From an uncultured Sphingorhabdus sp. (GTDB taxonomy: Bacteria; Pseudomonadota; Alphaproteobacteria; Sphingomonadales; Sphingomonadaceae), in the NCBI GenBank assembly GCA_964606835.1, contig CAZSJE010000002.1, positions 1-38,530 on the forward strand: a DNA stretch of 38,530 bases, in the 5' to 3' direction. Below, piece by piece: positions 9,647 to 19,187 of the stretch; the stretch's first letter is position 1; each line of letters starts with the position of its first letter. The translations under genes were made by a program, and so were the position numbers. The notes under the pieces are model-generated. The model was not told where the DNA came from, ran no database searches, and saw only the letters and a program-made list of their open reading frames with translations.

Positions 9647-10882
9647 TTGCTTTACACCGGTTACGACATGCAGCGATTCTGGCTTTCGGGCATGGGTAAG
9701 ATTGCCCGGGCGCAGGCCGATTGGCTCAACAATTTCACGGCTCCATTCAGCATGAATGGTCTGACCCCGATCGCTGCGTCGGCGCTCGATGTGTTTGCCC
9801 ATTCGGTGGAGGTGCGCGGCAAGCCAGCCTTTGGCTTGAACCTGGTCGATGTGGACGGAAAGCAACTCCCGGTCACTGAAGTGAACGAAGCGCGCAAGCC
9901 TTTTGGTCAGCTCAAGCATTTCACTTATGACGGCAGCGTCGGTAAGCCTCGCCTGTTGATCATCGCACCGATGTCGGGCCATTTTGCTACCCTGCTGCGC
10001 GGCACGGTTGAGCGGATGCTGCCCAGCCATGACGTGTACATCACCGACTGGAAGGATGCGCGCGACGTGCCGCTGACCGGCGGCGGTTTCGACCTTGAAT
10101 CCTATATGGACTATATCATCGAATGGCTGGAATATATAGGGCCTGACGCTGGCGGACGCGGCGCGCATGTTCTCGCCGTGTGCCAGCCTTCGGTCCCGGC
10201 CTATGCCGCGGCTGCGGTGATGAGCGCGAAAGAGCACCCTCTGCGTCCGCGCACGCTTACGATGATGGGCGGCCCCATCGACACGCGCGAGGCGCCGACG
10301 CAGGTCAACGACCATGCTACACAGCGCCCGCACGACTGGTTCATCCATAATGTGATCGCGACTGTGCCACCCTATTACAAGGGCGCGGGCCGCAGGGTCT
10401 ATCCGGGCTTCCTGCAGCTTTCGGGCTTCATGTCGATGAACTTGGGCAATCATATGGTCAGCCATTGGTCGATGTTCCAGAACCTGGTCGAAGGCGACGG
10501 CGAAGGCGCGGACCGGCACAAGGAATTTTACGACGAATATCGCGCGGTGTGCGACATGACGGCGGAATTCTATTTGCAGACGGTGGATGTGGTCTTCCAG
10601 CGTCATTTGCTGCCCAAGGGCGAGTTCAACTATCGCGGCAAACTGGTCGATCCCGGCGCAATCCACGACATTGCGATCCTCGCTATCGAGGGTGAGCGCG
10701 ATGACATTAGCGGCATTGGCCAGACCAAGGCGGCGCTGAAGATTTCAACCGGGCTGGATGAGAGCCAAAAGAAATATCATTTGGCCGAGGAAGTCGGCCA
10801 TTATGGCATCTTCAACGGCAGCAAGTGGCGCGACCGGATTGCACCGATTGTCGAGGACTGGATTGTCCAGCATAACGGCTAG
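9647..10882 (+). CDS. phaZ: Intracellular polyhydroxyalkanoate depolymerase
   Basis: APMSGHFATLLRGTV, DVYITDW, catalytic AVCQP, EGERDDISG and VGHYGIFNG motifs. Start placed at TTG 9647 (AGGGGA RBS; gives the family-typical MLY- N-terminus). Confidence 0.92.
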   Translation: MLYTGYDMQRFWLSGMGKIARAQADWLNNFTAPFSMNGLTPIAASALDVFAHSVEVRGKPAFGLNLVDVDGKQLPVTEVNEARKPFGQLKHFTYDGSVGKPRLLIIAPMSGHFATLLRGTVERMLPSHDVYITDWKDARDVPLTGGGFDLESYMDYIIEWLEYIGPDAGGRGAHVLAVCQPSVPAYAAAAVMSAKEHPLRPRTLTMMGGPIDTREAPTQVNDHATQRPHDWFIHNVIATVPPYYKGAGRRVYPGFLQLSGFMSMNLGNHMVSHWSMFQNLVEGDGEGADRHKEFYDEYRAVCDMTAEFYLQTVDVVFQRHLLPKGEFNYRGKLVDPGAIHDIAILAIEGERDDISGIGQTKAALKISTGLDESQKKYHLAEEVGHYGIFNGSKWRDRIAPIVEDWIVQHNG

Positions 10883-10928
10883 CCAATAAGGGTTGTTCCA
10901 AGCCCTGATTTAGTGTCAATCCAATCAC

Positions 10929-11912
10929 ATGGGATTGGGGATCACCGCCGCTGTCGAACGCTGGCCGGTTGCCGGGCAGTTTATCATCTCGCGTGGGGCA
11001 AAGGCGCATGTCGATGTGCTGGTCGTTGCCGCGCGGCAGGGCGACCATGTCGGCATGGGGGAGGGCACTGCCATCTACTATCATGGCGAGTCCGCCGAAA
11101 GCTGCCTGCGGCAGGTGGAGGATGTGATCGACGCGCTTTCCGCTTTCAGTGCGCGGCAGGCGCGGGAAGCGGTGCAGACGCAGTTGCCCCCGGGGGCAGC
11201 GCGAAACGCCCTGGACTGCGCGCTTTGGGGTTTGGAGGCCAAGACGGCAGGCATGCCATTGTGGCAGCTGGCGGGGCTGGCTTTTGCCCCCAAGCCTTTG
11301 CAGACGGCCTTCACGATATCACTTGGCGAACCCGATATGATGGAGGCCGATGCGGCCAAAGCCGCAGCGCGCGGCTTTCGCCTGTTGAAACTCAAACTGA
11401 CAGGAGAAGGCGACCGCGAGCGGGTGGCGGCTGTGCGCAAAGGCGCGCCGCATGCGCGGATGATTGTCGATGCAAATGAAAGCTGGGGGGCGCTCGATAT
11501 TGAGGCAGAGGCTGCGGCGCTCGCCGCGCTGGGCGTGGAGATGATCGAGCAACCCGTGCCGGTGGGCCAAGACGCGCTGCTCGATGGCGTCAAATCGCCG
11601 GTGCCGCTCCTTGCTGACGAAAGCTGCCAATCGGGCGCGGATATAGACCTATGCGCTCGCCACTATGACGGCATCAATATCAAGCTCGACAAGGCCGGCG
11701 GCCTCACCGAAGCGCTCGCCATGGCGCGCGAAGCCGAAGCGCGCGGGCTAAAGCTGATGGTCGGTTGCATGCTCTCCACCAGTCTGGGGATCGCGCCTGC
11801 CTTCCTTGCCGCGCAAAGTGCGCATTGGGTGGACCTCGACGGCCCCGCACTGTTGGCGCAGGACCGTGAAGGTGGGTTTCGGTTTGAAGGCGGAATGATC
11901 AGTCCGCCGTAA
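10929..11912 (+). CDS. Enolase-superfamily dipeptide epimerase (L-Ala-D/L-Glu epimerase / DgcA-like)
   Basis: KLKL, VDANE, EQP, ADESC, NIKLDKAGG, MVGCM and DLDG motifs. Confidence 0.88.
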   Translation: MGLGITAAVERWPVAGQFIISRGAKAHVDVLVVAARQGDHVGMGEGTAIYYHGESAESCLRQVEDVIDALSAFSARQAREAVQTQLPPGAARNALDCALWGLEAKTAGMPLWQLAGLAFAPKPLQTAFTISLGEPDMMEADAAKAAARGFRLLKLKLTGEGDRERVAAVRKGAPHARMIVDANESWGALDIEAEAAALAALGVEMIEQPVPVGQDALLDGVKSPVPLLADESCQSGADIDLCARHYDGINIKLDKAGGLTEALAMAREAEARGLKLMVGCMLSTSLGIAPAFLAAQSAHWVDLDGPALLAQDREGGFRFEGGMISPP

Positions 11913-11918
11913 AAGTCC

Positions 11919-13094
11919 TTAGAAAACCTCGAACAGCCCAGCCGCGCCCATGCCGCCGCCGACGCACATGGTGACGACGACATGTTTGGCTCCGCGACGC
12001 TTGCCTTCGATCAGCGCGTGGCCGACGCAACGCGCGCCGGTCATACCATAGGGGTGGCCGATAGAGATCGAGCCGCCATTGACGTTAAGCAGTTCGTCGG
12101 GAATGCCGAGCTTGTCGCGGCAATAGAGGACCTGAACCGCGAAAGCTTCGTTCAGTTCCCACAGGCCGATATCATCCATTTTCAGGCCGTTGCGTTCTAG
12201 CAGCTTGGGAATGGCGAAGACCGGGCCAATGCCCATTTCGTCGGGCTCAGTGCCAGCGACTGCCATGCCGACATAGCGGCCCAGCGGGTTCAGGCCTTTC
12301 TTTTCCGCAACCTTGGCTTCCATCAATATGCTGGCGGAAGAGCCGTCGGAGAGCTGGCTGGCATTGCCTGCCGTGATCGTGCCTTCTGGCAGCACAGGGT
12401 TGAGCGACTTCAGGCCCTCCAGCGTTGTGTCCGCGCGGTTGCCCTCGTCCTTGGCGATGGTGACTTCTTTCTGGCTGACTTCGCCCGTCTCCTTGTTGAC
12501 GACATTCATGGTCGTCGTGACGGCTACGATCTCGTCATCAAACTTGCCCGCCGCCTGTGCGGCGGCAGTGCGCTGCTGCGATTTCAGGCTGTATTCGTCC
12601 ATGACATCGCGGCTGATATTGTAGCGCTTGGCAACCACCTCGGCGGTTTGCAGCATCGGCATGTAGATCGCATTGTGCATGGCCAGCAGCGACGGATCGG
12701 GCTGCACGCGCATATCCTTGGTCTGCACAAGGCTGATCGAATCCTGCCCACCAGCGGCAAGTATATCGACATTGTCGACAATGATCTGCTTGGCGGCAGT
12801 GGCAATGGTCATCAGCCCCGACGAGCATTGCCGGTCGATGGTCATGCCCGATGTGCTGATCGGCAGGCCCGCGCGCAGTGCAACCTGGCGCGCCAGATTG
12901 CCTGCCTGCGTGCCCTGTTGCAGAGCGCTTCCCCACAGCACATCGTCAACTTCGGCACCTTCTATGCCTGCTTTTTCGACGGCTGCGGCCAGCGAATAGG
13001 AACCGAGCGTCGGGCCAAGGGTGGCATTGAACCCGCCGCGATAGGCTTTGCCGATGGCGGTGCGGGCGGTGGACACGATAACTGCGTCACGCAT
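11919..13094 (-). CDS. Acetyl-CoA C-acyltransferase (thiolase)
   Basis: DRQCSSG (catalytic Cys), [13 protein letters not shown] and MCVGGGMG motifs. Confidence 0.95.
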   Translation of the reverse strand: MRDAVIVSTARTAIGKAYRGGFNATLGPTLGSYSLAAAVEKAGIEGAEVDDVLWGSALQQGTQAGNLARQVALRAGLPISTSGMTIDRQCSSGLMTIATAAKQIIVDNVDILAAGGQDSISLVQTKDMRVQPDPSLLAMHNAIYMPMLQTAEVVAKRYNISRDVMDEYSLKSQQRTAAAQAAGKFDDEIVAVTTTMNVVNKETGEVSQKEVTIAKDEGNRADTTLEGLKSLNPVLPEGTITAGNASQLSDGSSASILMEAKVAEKKGLNPLGRYVGMAVAGTEPDEMGIGPVFAIPKLLERNGLKMDDIGLWELNEAFAVQVLYCRDKLGIPDELLNVNGGSISIGHPYGMTGARCVGHALIEGKRRGAKHVVVTMCVGGGMGAAGLFEVF

Positions 13095-13117
13095 GGGAGA
13101 ATTCCTTTCAATTTTCT

Positions 13118-13139
13118 CCCCTCCCGCCTGCGGGAGGGG
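13118..13139. repeat. REP-like GC-rich palindrome
   Basis: CCCCTCCCGC-CT-GCGGGAGGGG perfect inverted repeat between maoC and the thiolase gene. Related to the arms of the element at 29788-29936. Confidence 0.75.
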
Positions 13140-13145
13140 CTTAGC

Positions 13146-13604
13146 TCAAACAAAAAACTGGCTGATCCATTCGGCCTGCAAAGCAGGCTTGTCTTCGCCT
13201 TCGATCTCTACGGTGAACTCCAATGTCTGCTGCCACTGACCGGGGCGTTTTTCGACGAGTTCCAACAGCTTGAAATGCCCGCGCACGCGCTTGCCCGAGC
13301 GGACGGGCGCGAGAAACCGCGTCTTGTTGCCGCCATAGTTGACGCCCATTTTCACGCCCTCAATGCGGGGAAAATCGGACTTGGCGGTCATCACCGGGAA
13401 CAACGACAGCGTCAGGAAGCCGTGCGCGATCGTGCCACCAAAGGGCGTCATTTTCGCCATCTCTTCATTAACGTGGATGAACTGGTGGTCGCCTGTCGCA
13501 TCTGCGAATTTGTTGATCATTTCCTGATCGACCAAAATCCACTCCGATGTACCGACATTTTCGCCGACGCGCTTTGCCAGATCGGCTGGTGTAATCCCGC
13601 TCAT
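13146..13604 (-). CDS. MaoC-family (hotdog) dehydratase, NodN-like
   Basis: FADATGDHQFIHV hydratase motif, FGGTIAHGFLTLS and RFLAPV. Confidence 0.92.
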   Translation of the reverse strand: MSGITPADLAKRVGENVGTSEWILVDQEMINKFADATGDHQFIHVNEEMAKMTPFGGTIAHGFLTLSLFPVMTAKSDFPRIEGVKMGVNYGGNKTRFLAPVRSGKRVRGHFKLLELVEKRPGQWQQTLEFTVEIEGEDKPALQAEWISQFFV

Positions 13605-13694
13605 GTCCCACTCCTATTGTTGGAATTTGGCGAAGCACTGCGCTTTTTGAGGGCCTTTGACAAGTCTGTGCCGAAGAGCCGCGCTGACGCTACG

Positions 13695-14900
13695 TCATTT
13701 GGCGGGGCGTTTGCGCGGCGGCGGCGAATCGGTCTTGGCGGGCGGGGCATAGGGCATCACCAGCGTGCCATCGGGCGCAGCGGTATAGGTGGTCTGCGTG
13801 GGGTAGGCGAACTCGATTCCGTCTTTCGCAAAGCGCTGGGCAATGGCGATGCCGACCGCGTGCCGCGTATGGAACATGACCTCTATATCGTCGCTGGGAA
13901 CATCGAAGACCAGCTGGAAATCGAGCGAGCTGGGAGAGAATGTCGTGAAGCCGGCACGGATGAACTCGCCTTGATGTGCCTCGACAACCTCTTTCAATAT
14001 GGCCGGGATTTTTGCGGAAAGCGCGGGATCGATGTGTTGCACCAGGCTGAGCACGAAGGTTACACGACGGTAAATCGTCTGCGTGTTGTTGGTGATTTCC
14101 TTTTCTAGCAGCTTGCTGTTGGAGATGATCTTTTCCTCGCCCGACAGCGAACGCAACCGTGTGCTTTTCATGCCGATCTTTTCGACGCGCGCGGTCGTGG
14201 TATCATAGGTGATTGTGTCGCCGCGTTTGAACGGCCTGTCGAAAATGATCGAGATCGCTGCAAACAGGTCGGAGAATATGCCCTGCGCGGCAAGGCCGAC
14301 GGCGATGCCGCCGACGCCTAGCCCTGCGATCAGGCCAGTGATGTTCACGCCCAGATTGTCGAGGATGACAATGGTGGCAATTGCAAAGACGGCAAAGCTG
14401 ACCCCCAGCTTGATCAGCGTCATCGCGCTTTGCAGCGTCTCATGCTCGGTGCCGCTCTGATAGGCGCGGCGTTCGATCAGCGAGAGGATGATCTCGCGCA
14501 GCCAGATGGCGACCTGTACGACCAGCGAGATGGTAAACAGGAACAGGATGACCCGTGCCACCGGCGCTGGCGCATTGGCAAAACCGTTGACCAGCTCTGC
14601 TGCCAGCATGATCCGGAAGAAGCGCTTCGTGCGAGAAACTGCGCGCCAGGCGATGGTGGTTATGCTGCCATCATCACCGCGCTTGGTGGCAATCGCCGCT
14701 GCCTTGCGCTTCAGCCAGCTGAGCAGGAAGTAAATAGCGACGCCGACCGAGCCGGCAATGGTCAGCTCAAGCGCATTGGCACTGATCCAGTCGGCAAACA
14801 GCCGATAATAGCCTTCGAGGCGGGCCTGCATTCGAGACCACATGTCGGCGTTCATCAATTTGGGTTCGGCGGGGAGGTTTTTGACAGTCACTGGCCCCAT
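13695..14900 (-). CDS. Small-conductance mechanosensitive channel (MscS family)
   Basis: GLGVGGIAVGLAAQ pore helix, FDRPFKRGD, VEKIGMKSTRLRS and GIEFAYPT motifs. Exact start uncertain. Confidence 0.92.
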   Translation of the reverse strand: MGPVTVKNLPAEPKLMNADMWSRMQARLEGYYRLFADWISANALELTIAGSVGVAIYFLLSWLKRKAAAIATKRGDDGSITTIAWRAVSRTKRFFRIMLAAELVNGFANAPAPVARVILFLFTISLVVQVAIWLREIILSLIERRAYQSGTEHETLQSAMTLIKLGVSFAVFAIATIVILDNLGVNITGLIAGLGVGGIAVGLAAQGIFSDLFAAISIIFDRPFKRGDTITYDTTTARVEKIGMKSTRLRSLSGEEKIISNSKLLEKEITNNTQTIYRRVTFVLSLVQHIDPALSAKIPAILKEVVEAHQGEFIRAGFTTFSPSSLDFQLVFDVPSDDIEVMFHTRHAVGIAIAQRFAKDGIEFAYPTQTTYTAAPDGTLVMPYAPPAKTDSPPPRKRPAK

Positions 14901-14929
14901 TTAGGGCGATGCACGCCAAAATCAAACCG

Positions 14930-16294
14930 TCAGGCCAGTTCCTTCGTCGCAAGCCGCAGGTCCTTGATCGGACGCCATGCCGATTCCTTGCGCCGCCGCG
15001 CCAGATAGGTGTCGAGGCTGATCTGCATCGCAATCATCATATAGACAAAGGGCTGAAAGGCGATGCCGACGAACAGCGATCCGACCAGATAGACGATCTG
15101 CGAATGTTGCAGTGCACGGGCGAGCGGGATTACCCATTTCTCATCCTCGCGCCCCCGGCGTTTGTAGATGCGCATGATCGCCTCCATCCGCCACACCCCG
15201 CCGACATGGATCAACAGCCACATGATCAGCCCGGGAAAGCCCTGCTCGCCCAGCATCTCGAAATAGCTCGAATGATAAGCCCGCCCCTCATCGACTACCT
15301 CACCCGATTGCACGTCGCCGGTGTCGAGCCCGTTATCGTCCACCACGGGGATGGTGTAGCGAATCTTGTTCTGCACATAGGCGTTAAAGCCGCCGCCCAT
15401 CGGGTGCGTTTGCACAAATTCCCAAGTCCATTTCCACACCGCAATCCTGGTAGAGGCGCTTTCGTCAGCCTTGTATTCCTTGATCGTTCCCATCCGTTCG
15501 GTGAAGCTTTGCGGCAGGAATGGGATCGCGATAAGGCCAATGGTGGCAGCGCCAATGACATAGAGCATCCGCCGCTTGGCGTCGCGCAGTAACATAATTG
15601 CCAGCACCGCTGCGCAGACGAGGCCAGTGCGCGCCTGCACGCCGACTGGAACGAGCAGGCAGGCAAAGATCAGCGCGGCGGCGTAGATCCGAACCTTCCA
15701 GTCGGGCTTGAATATCGTCCCATGCTGGGCAAGCCACAGCACGATCGGGATGATGGCAATAGCGACGCAGGAGATGATCGAGCTTTCATACAGCCCGCTG
15801 TCGATGTTGACGAGCAGCACCATAACGCCATAGCCGCCGCCGCCAGCCACGGTTTTGAGGCCTCCGGTTACGATTAGCGCCGAGGCGCACAGCACCAACA
15901 TCAGCGCCAAGGCCTCGATGCGAAGCCGGGTCCTGAGCGTCAGCGGCAGGAAGATCGCAAAGACCAGCGCTTTCCACACCCAGTCCCATTTTTCCGCTGC
16001 CGCCACGGGCTCGACCGCGAAGGTGTTTGTATAGGCGCAATAAAGCAGCAGCACCACCAGCAAGGCCCAGCGCGGCGATACGCGAACATCCTTTTTGTCA
16101 TCGCTCAACATGAATCCGGCAAAGGCAAATCCGAACAGGATCAACGAAATCGGAATCGAATTCAGCAGGAAATAGCTCAACCGCTGCGGCGCAACGATAT
16201 CCACATAGGCATAGACCAACGTGAACAGAAATGGCCGCTTGAAGGCAAAGAGCAGCAGCAATCCCAGATAGCCGACGAAAAACAGGTCACGCAT
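14930..16294 (-). CDS. Putative O-glycosylation ligase, exosortase A (PEP-CTERM) system-associated
   Basis: O-antigen-ligase-like multi-TM protein with DESASTRIAVW, HPMGGGF and AYHSSYFEMLGEQG motifs. Start set at MRDL (16294). Confidence 0.82.
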   Translation of the reverse strand: MRDLFFVGYLGLLLLFAFKRPFLFTLVYAYVDIVAPQRLSYFLLNSIPISLILFGFAFAGFMLSDDKKDVRVSPRWALLVVLLLYCAYTNTFAVEPVAAAEKWDWVWKALVFAIFLPLTLRTRLRIEALALMLVLCASALIVTGGLKTVAGGGGYGVMVLLVNIDSGLYESSIISCVAIAIIPIVLWLAQHGTIFKPDWKVRIYAAALIFACLLVPVGVQARTGLVCAAVLAIMLLRDAKRRMLYVIGAATIGLIAIPFLPQSFTERMGTIKEYKADESASTRIAVWKWTWEFVQTHPMGGGFNAYVQNKIRYTIPVVDDNGLDTGDVQSGEVVDEGRAYHSSYFEMLGEQGFPGLIMWLLIHVGGVWRMEAIMRIYKRRGREDEKWVIPLARALQHSQIVYLVGSLFVGIAFQPFVYMMIAMQISLDTYLARRRKESAWRPIKDLRLATKELA

Positions 16295-16475
16295 CGGGAG
16301 CGGTCCTGGTCTTTGCCGCCTGTACTTTCGGTCGCCGGATCGAATGGGCAAAGCCCTCTGGCTCGGCATCGGGCGCTGGCGGGTCCTCCTGGTCCAGATC
16401 GTCGCGCTGTGTCAGGAACCAGAAAGCAAGCGCAATCAGGACATGGCTCAGCAATATCGATAAATTGTCGATCAT
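16287..16475 (-). CDS. Small single-TM hypothetical protein (62 aa)
   Basis: Hydrophobic N-terminal helix followed by RDDLDQE. Its stop overlaps the ligase start, suggesting coupling. Confidence 0.65.
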   Translation of the reverse strand: MIDNLSILLSHVLIALAFWFLTQRDDLDQEDPPAPDAEPEGFAHSIRRPKVQAAKTRTAPDA

Positions 16476-16562
16476 CAGGCAAAATGCCCCTTAACGCGTT
16501 GGCGCCTGCATAGAGCGATTGGGTTGACGCGACGTTAAATATATTGCCGCTAAGCAGCTCTT

Positions 16563-17792
16563 ATGTCTCGCATCCTGCACATTCTGGACCACAGCCTGCC
16601 GCTGCACAGCGGATACACATTCCGCACACGCGCAATCATGAAGGCGCAAAGTGGGGGCGGGTGGGACGTCGCGGGGCTTACTGGGGTACGGCACTACCAG
16701 CATGGCATCGAACGCAATGGCGGCTTGGAGCATGTTGAGGGCCTCCATTTTTTCCGCACACAAACAGCGGTTTCCGGCCCGCCTTTGCTGCGCGAGTGGC
16801 GCGAGGTGGCGGCGCTTTCGAACCGTATCGTCGCGCTGCACGCCGAATGGCCGTTCGACCTGATCCACGCGCATTCGCCTGCGCTGAATGGACTGGCAGG
16901 AGCGCGGGCGGCGAAGAAACTCGGCCTGCCTTTTGTCTATGAAATCCGGGCATTCTGGGAGGATGCCGCCGTCGGAAATGGCACCGGCCGGGAAGGATCG
17001 GCAAAGTATCGGCTGACCCGCGCGCTGGAAAATCATGTGGTGAAGCAGGCTGATCGGGTGGCAGTCATCTGCGAAGGGCTGCGCAGCGACCTGATCGCGC
17101 GGGGCTTTGAATCGGAGAAAATCTTCGTATCGCCGAATGGCGTCGACATGGAATTGTTCGGCAACCCGCCGCCGCCCGACGCGGCGCTGGCGGCTGAGCT
17201 CGGCCTCGCTGGCAAGCCCGTGATTGGCTATATCGGCAGCTTCTACGATTATGAGGGGATTGACGACCTGATCGCAGCGATGCCGCTGATGGCGTTGGAC
17301 GCCCACCTGCTGCTAGTCGGCGGCGGGCCGATGGAGAAGGCCTTGAAGGCGCAGGCAGAGGGGTCGCCGACGCGCGACCGCATCCATTTTGTGGGCCGTG
17401 TACCGCATGAAGAGGTCGAGCGCTATTACAGCCTGGTCGACGTGCTGGCCTATCCGCGCAAAGCCATGCGGCTGACCGAGTTGGTGACGCCGCTGAAACC
17501 GCTGGAAGCCATGGCGCAAGGACGGCTGGTCGCGGCATCGAGTGTCGGCGGGCACCGGGAACTGATCGACGATGGCGTCACCGGCACGCTGTTCGCACCC
17601 GACGATCCGGCATCCTGTGCAGCGGCTCTCGACGCACTGCTCGCCGACCGTCCGATGTGGCAGCAGCGCCGCGACACGGCAAAGGCCTTCGTCGCCGAAA
17701 AACGCAACTGGCAGCGCAACATAGTGCGTTACGATCCTGTTTACCATTTGCTGTTAGGCCATGATAAAGGCGGCATTTCCGCCCGATCATAG
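16563..17792 (+). CDS. GT4 glycosyltransferase, PEP-CTERM/XrtA system-associated
   Basis: HILDHSLPLHSGYTFRT, YEIRAFWED, GSFYDYEG and VTPLKPLEAMA motifs. Divergent from the ligase. Confidence 0.88.
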   Translation: MSRILHILDHSLPLHSGYTFRTRAIMKAQSGGGWDVAGLTGVRHYQHGIERNGGLEHVEGLHFFRTQTAVSGPPLLREWREVAALSNRIVALHAEWPFDLIHAHSPALNGLAGARAAKKLGLPFVYEIRAFWEDAAVGNGTGREGSAKYRLTRALENHVVKQADRVAVICEGLRSDLIARGFESEKIFVSPNGVDMELFGNPPPPDAALAAELGLAGKPVIGYIGSFYDYEGIDDLIAAMPLMALDAHLLLVGGGPMEKALKAQAEGSPTRDRIHFVGRVPHEEVERYYSLVDVLAYPRKAMRLTELVTPLKPLEAMAQGRLVAASSVGGHRELIDDGVTGTLFAPDDPASCAAALDALLADRPMWQQRRDTAKAFVAEKRNWQRNIVRYDPVYHLLLGHDKGGISARS

Positions 17793-17806
17793 TTGCCGGG
17801 ATTTGC

Positions 17807-18706
17807 ATGCAAAATTGGCTGAAACTGGACGGAACGATGCGCGCGGTGGCCTTGGCCATTGTTGCGGCAATCGTCACGGCGGTCATCTCGATGCTGGTGC
17901 CGGTCGGCATCTGGGAAACGATCACCGGCTCGACCGGCATTTCCGAAATCTTCCCCGCAACCGCAGCGCCGCTGGGCGATACCGCGCGGGCATTGATCGC
18001 ATTTCTGGCCGGTCTGGCTGCCTTTGCCGTGACGGCAGTGATGCTGATGCGCAGGGATACTCCTGCAACGCCGAAGCCTGCAAGCGTGACAGTTGTGGAC
18101 GCGGGAGCGCCGGTAGCCACAGATCGTCCGTCCTTGATCGCAAGCGCCAAGGTGCGATTGACCCAGTTCATCGAAAGCCGCCGCAGCGGCCCGGTGGTGA
18201 CCGAGCTGTCCGATCTGCCCAAATTGCGTGCGGGCGATGCGCACCCCGACGCGCCACCGCGCCGCCCCATTTCTGCGCAAACCGACCTTGCCGACATTGC
18301 CTCCGAACCGGCACCGCTCCCGGTTGTCGATATTGAGCCGGAGCCTGCAGTGTCGCAGCCCGCACCTGTGGCTGAAGCTGCGTTCGAAGCGCCGCAGCCT
18401 GTACCTGTTGTCGAGGCAGAGGCCGCCGAATCCGAGACGGTTTCGGCCATGGTCGAACGGCTGGAGGCTGCTGTAGCGCTGCGCGAGCAGCAGTTGGCAA
18501 AGCTTGAAGCGATTGCCCGTAGCGAAGCTGCTAAGCCAGAGCCGGTAAGCGAAGCACCCGTCATTGAGATCGAAGTGGCCCCGCGCGCCAGCCATCTGGA
18601 GGCTGTTCCCAGCGAACCAGCCAGGCCAGCCCGCAGCGATGCAATGGATGACGCTCTGCGCTCCGCACTCGAAACGTTGCACCGGATCAACGCGCGCACG
18701 CGCTAA
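17807..18706 (+). CDS. Hypothetical membrane-anchored protein
   Basis: Two N-terminal TM segments (APLGDTAR between them), DAHPDAPPRRP motif, Pro/Ala/Glu-rich linker, short coiled coil, C-terminal MDDALRSALETLHR helix. Confidence 0.75.
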   Translation: MQNWLKLDGTMRAVALAIVAAIVTAVISMLVPVGIWETITGSTGISEIFPATAAPLGDTARALIAFLAGLAAFAVTAVMLMRRDTPATPKPASVTVVDAGAPVATDRPSLIASAKVRLTQFIESRRSGPVVTELSDLPKLRAGDAHPDAPPRRPISAQTDLADIASEPAPLPVVDIEPEPAVSQPAPVAEAAFEAPQPVPVVEAEAAESETVSAMVERLEAAVALREQQLAKLEAIARSEAAKPEPVSEAPVIEIEVAPRASHLEAVPSEPARPARSDAMDDALRSALETLHRINARTR

Positions 18707-18984
18707 ATCTCCTCGTCGAGCAGCAAGGCTTCGACGGTCAATCGGTTGCCGTTTCGCTTTCCAAACGCAAGGTCTGCCACCAGCAAGCCGGGCAGTGAAA
18801 ATTCATGATCTTCACCAATAGGCATAAAATTTTTCTCCGTGCCTTCAAAGCCAACAATTTGTAGGCTCAACTTCACCCTCCTCCCCGAAAAAGAGGCACT
18901 GTGCCATTCATGCGCGCGGCGGCGGGTTATGATCGCGCCGGGCAGCAATTCCAGCAGCGCGTCGGAAAAGGGGCAGCTGCTCAT
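18703..18984 (-). CDS. Hypothetical protein (93 aa), co-transcribed with the Cro-like gene
   Basis: ATGA overlap with the upstream 68-aa ORF. Globular-looking sequence (WHSASFSG...EFSLPGLLVAD...VEALLLDE). Confidence 0.65.
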   Translation of the reverse strand: MSSCPFSDALLELLPGAIITRRRAHEWHSASFSGRRVKLSLQIVGFEGTEKNFMPIGEDHEFSLPGLLVADLAFGKRNGNRLTVEALLLDEEI

Positions 18985-19187
18985 GCAACTGCCCCCAGCC
19001 GCTCGGCCAACTGACGTGCATAGTTGGCCATGAAGGTCTCGGCGCGAAGTATCATCGCGCCACGCAATTCGCGTCCGCGCCTTATGTCAGGCACCAGCCG
19101 CGGATCGCGCGCGACCAGCCTGCCGAATTTGGTAGCGGGGAAATTATGCTCGATCAGGAAGCGTTCGATCTTTCGGTTGATATGCAT
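18981..19187 (-). CDS. Small Cro-like helix-turn-helix protein (68 aa)
   Basis: IERFL...ATKFGR...DPRLV.DIRRGRELR pattern typical of small alphaproteobacterial phage Cro-like regulators. Clear AAGGAG RBS. Divergent from the S24 repressor. Confidence 0.75.
   Translation of the reverse strand: MHINRKIERFLIEHNFPATKFGRLVARDPRLVPDIRRGRELRGAMILRAETFMANYARQLAERLGAVA

Noticed and set aside
12648..14108. 486-aa plus-strand ORF
   Set aside because: It is antisense to thiolase, maoC and mscS and has no recognisable motifs. A typical high-GC shadow ORF.
17740..17757. CtrA half-site TTTACCAT upstream of the 299-aa gene
   Set aside because: A single mismatched half-site inside the glycosyltransferase CDS. 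Too weak to call.
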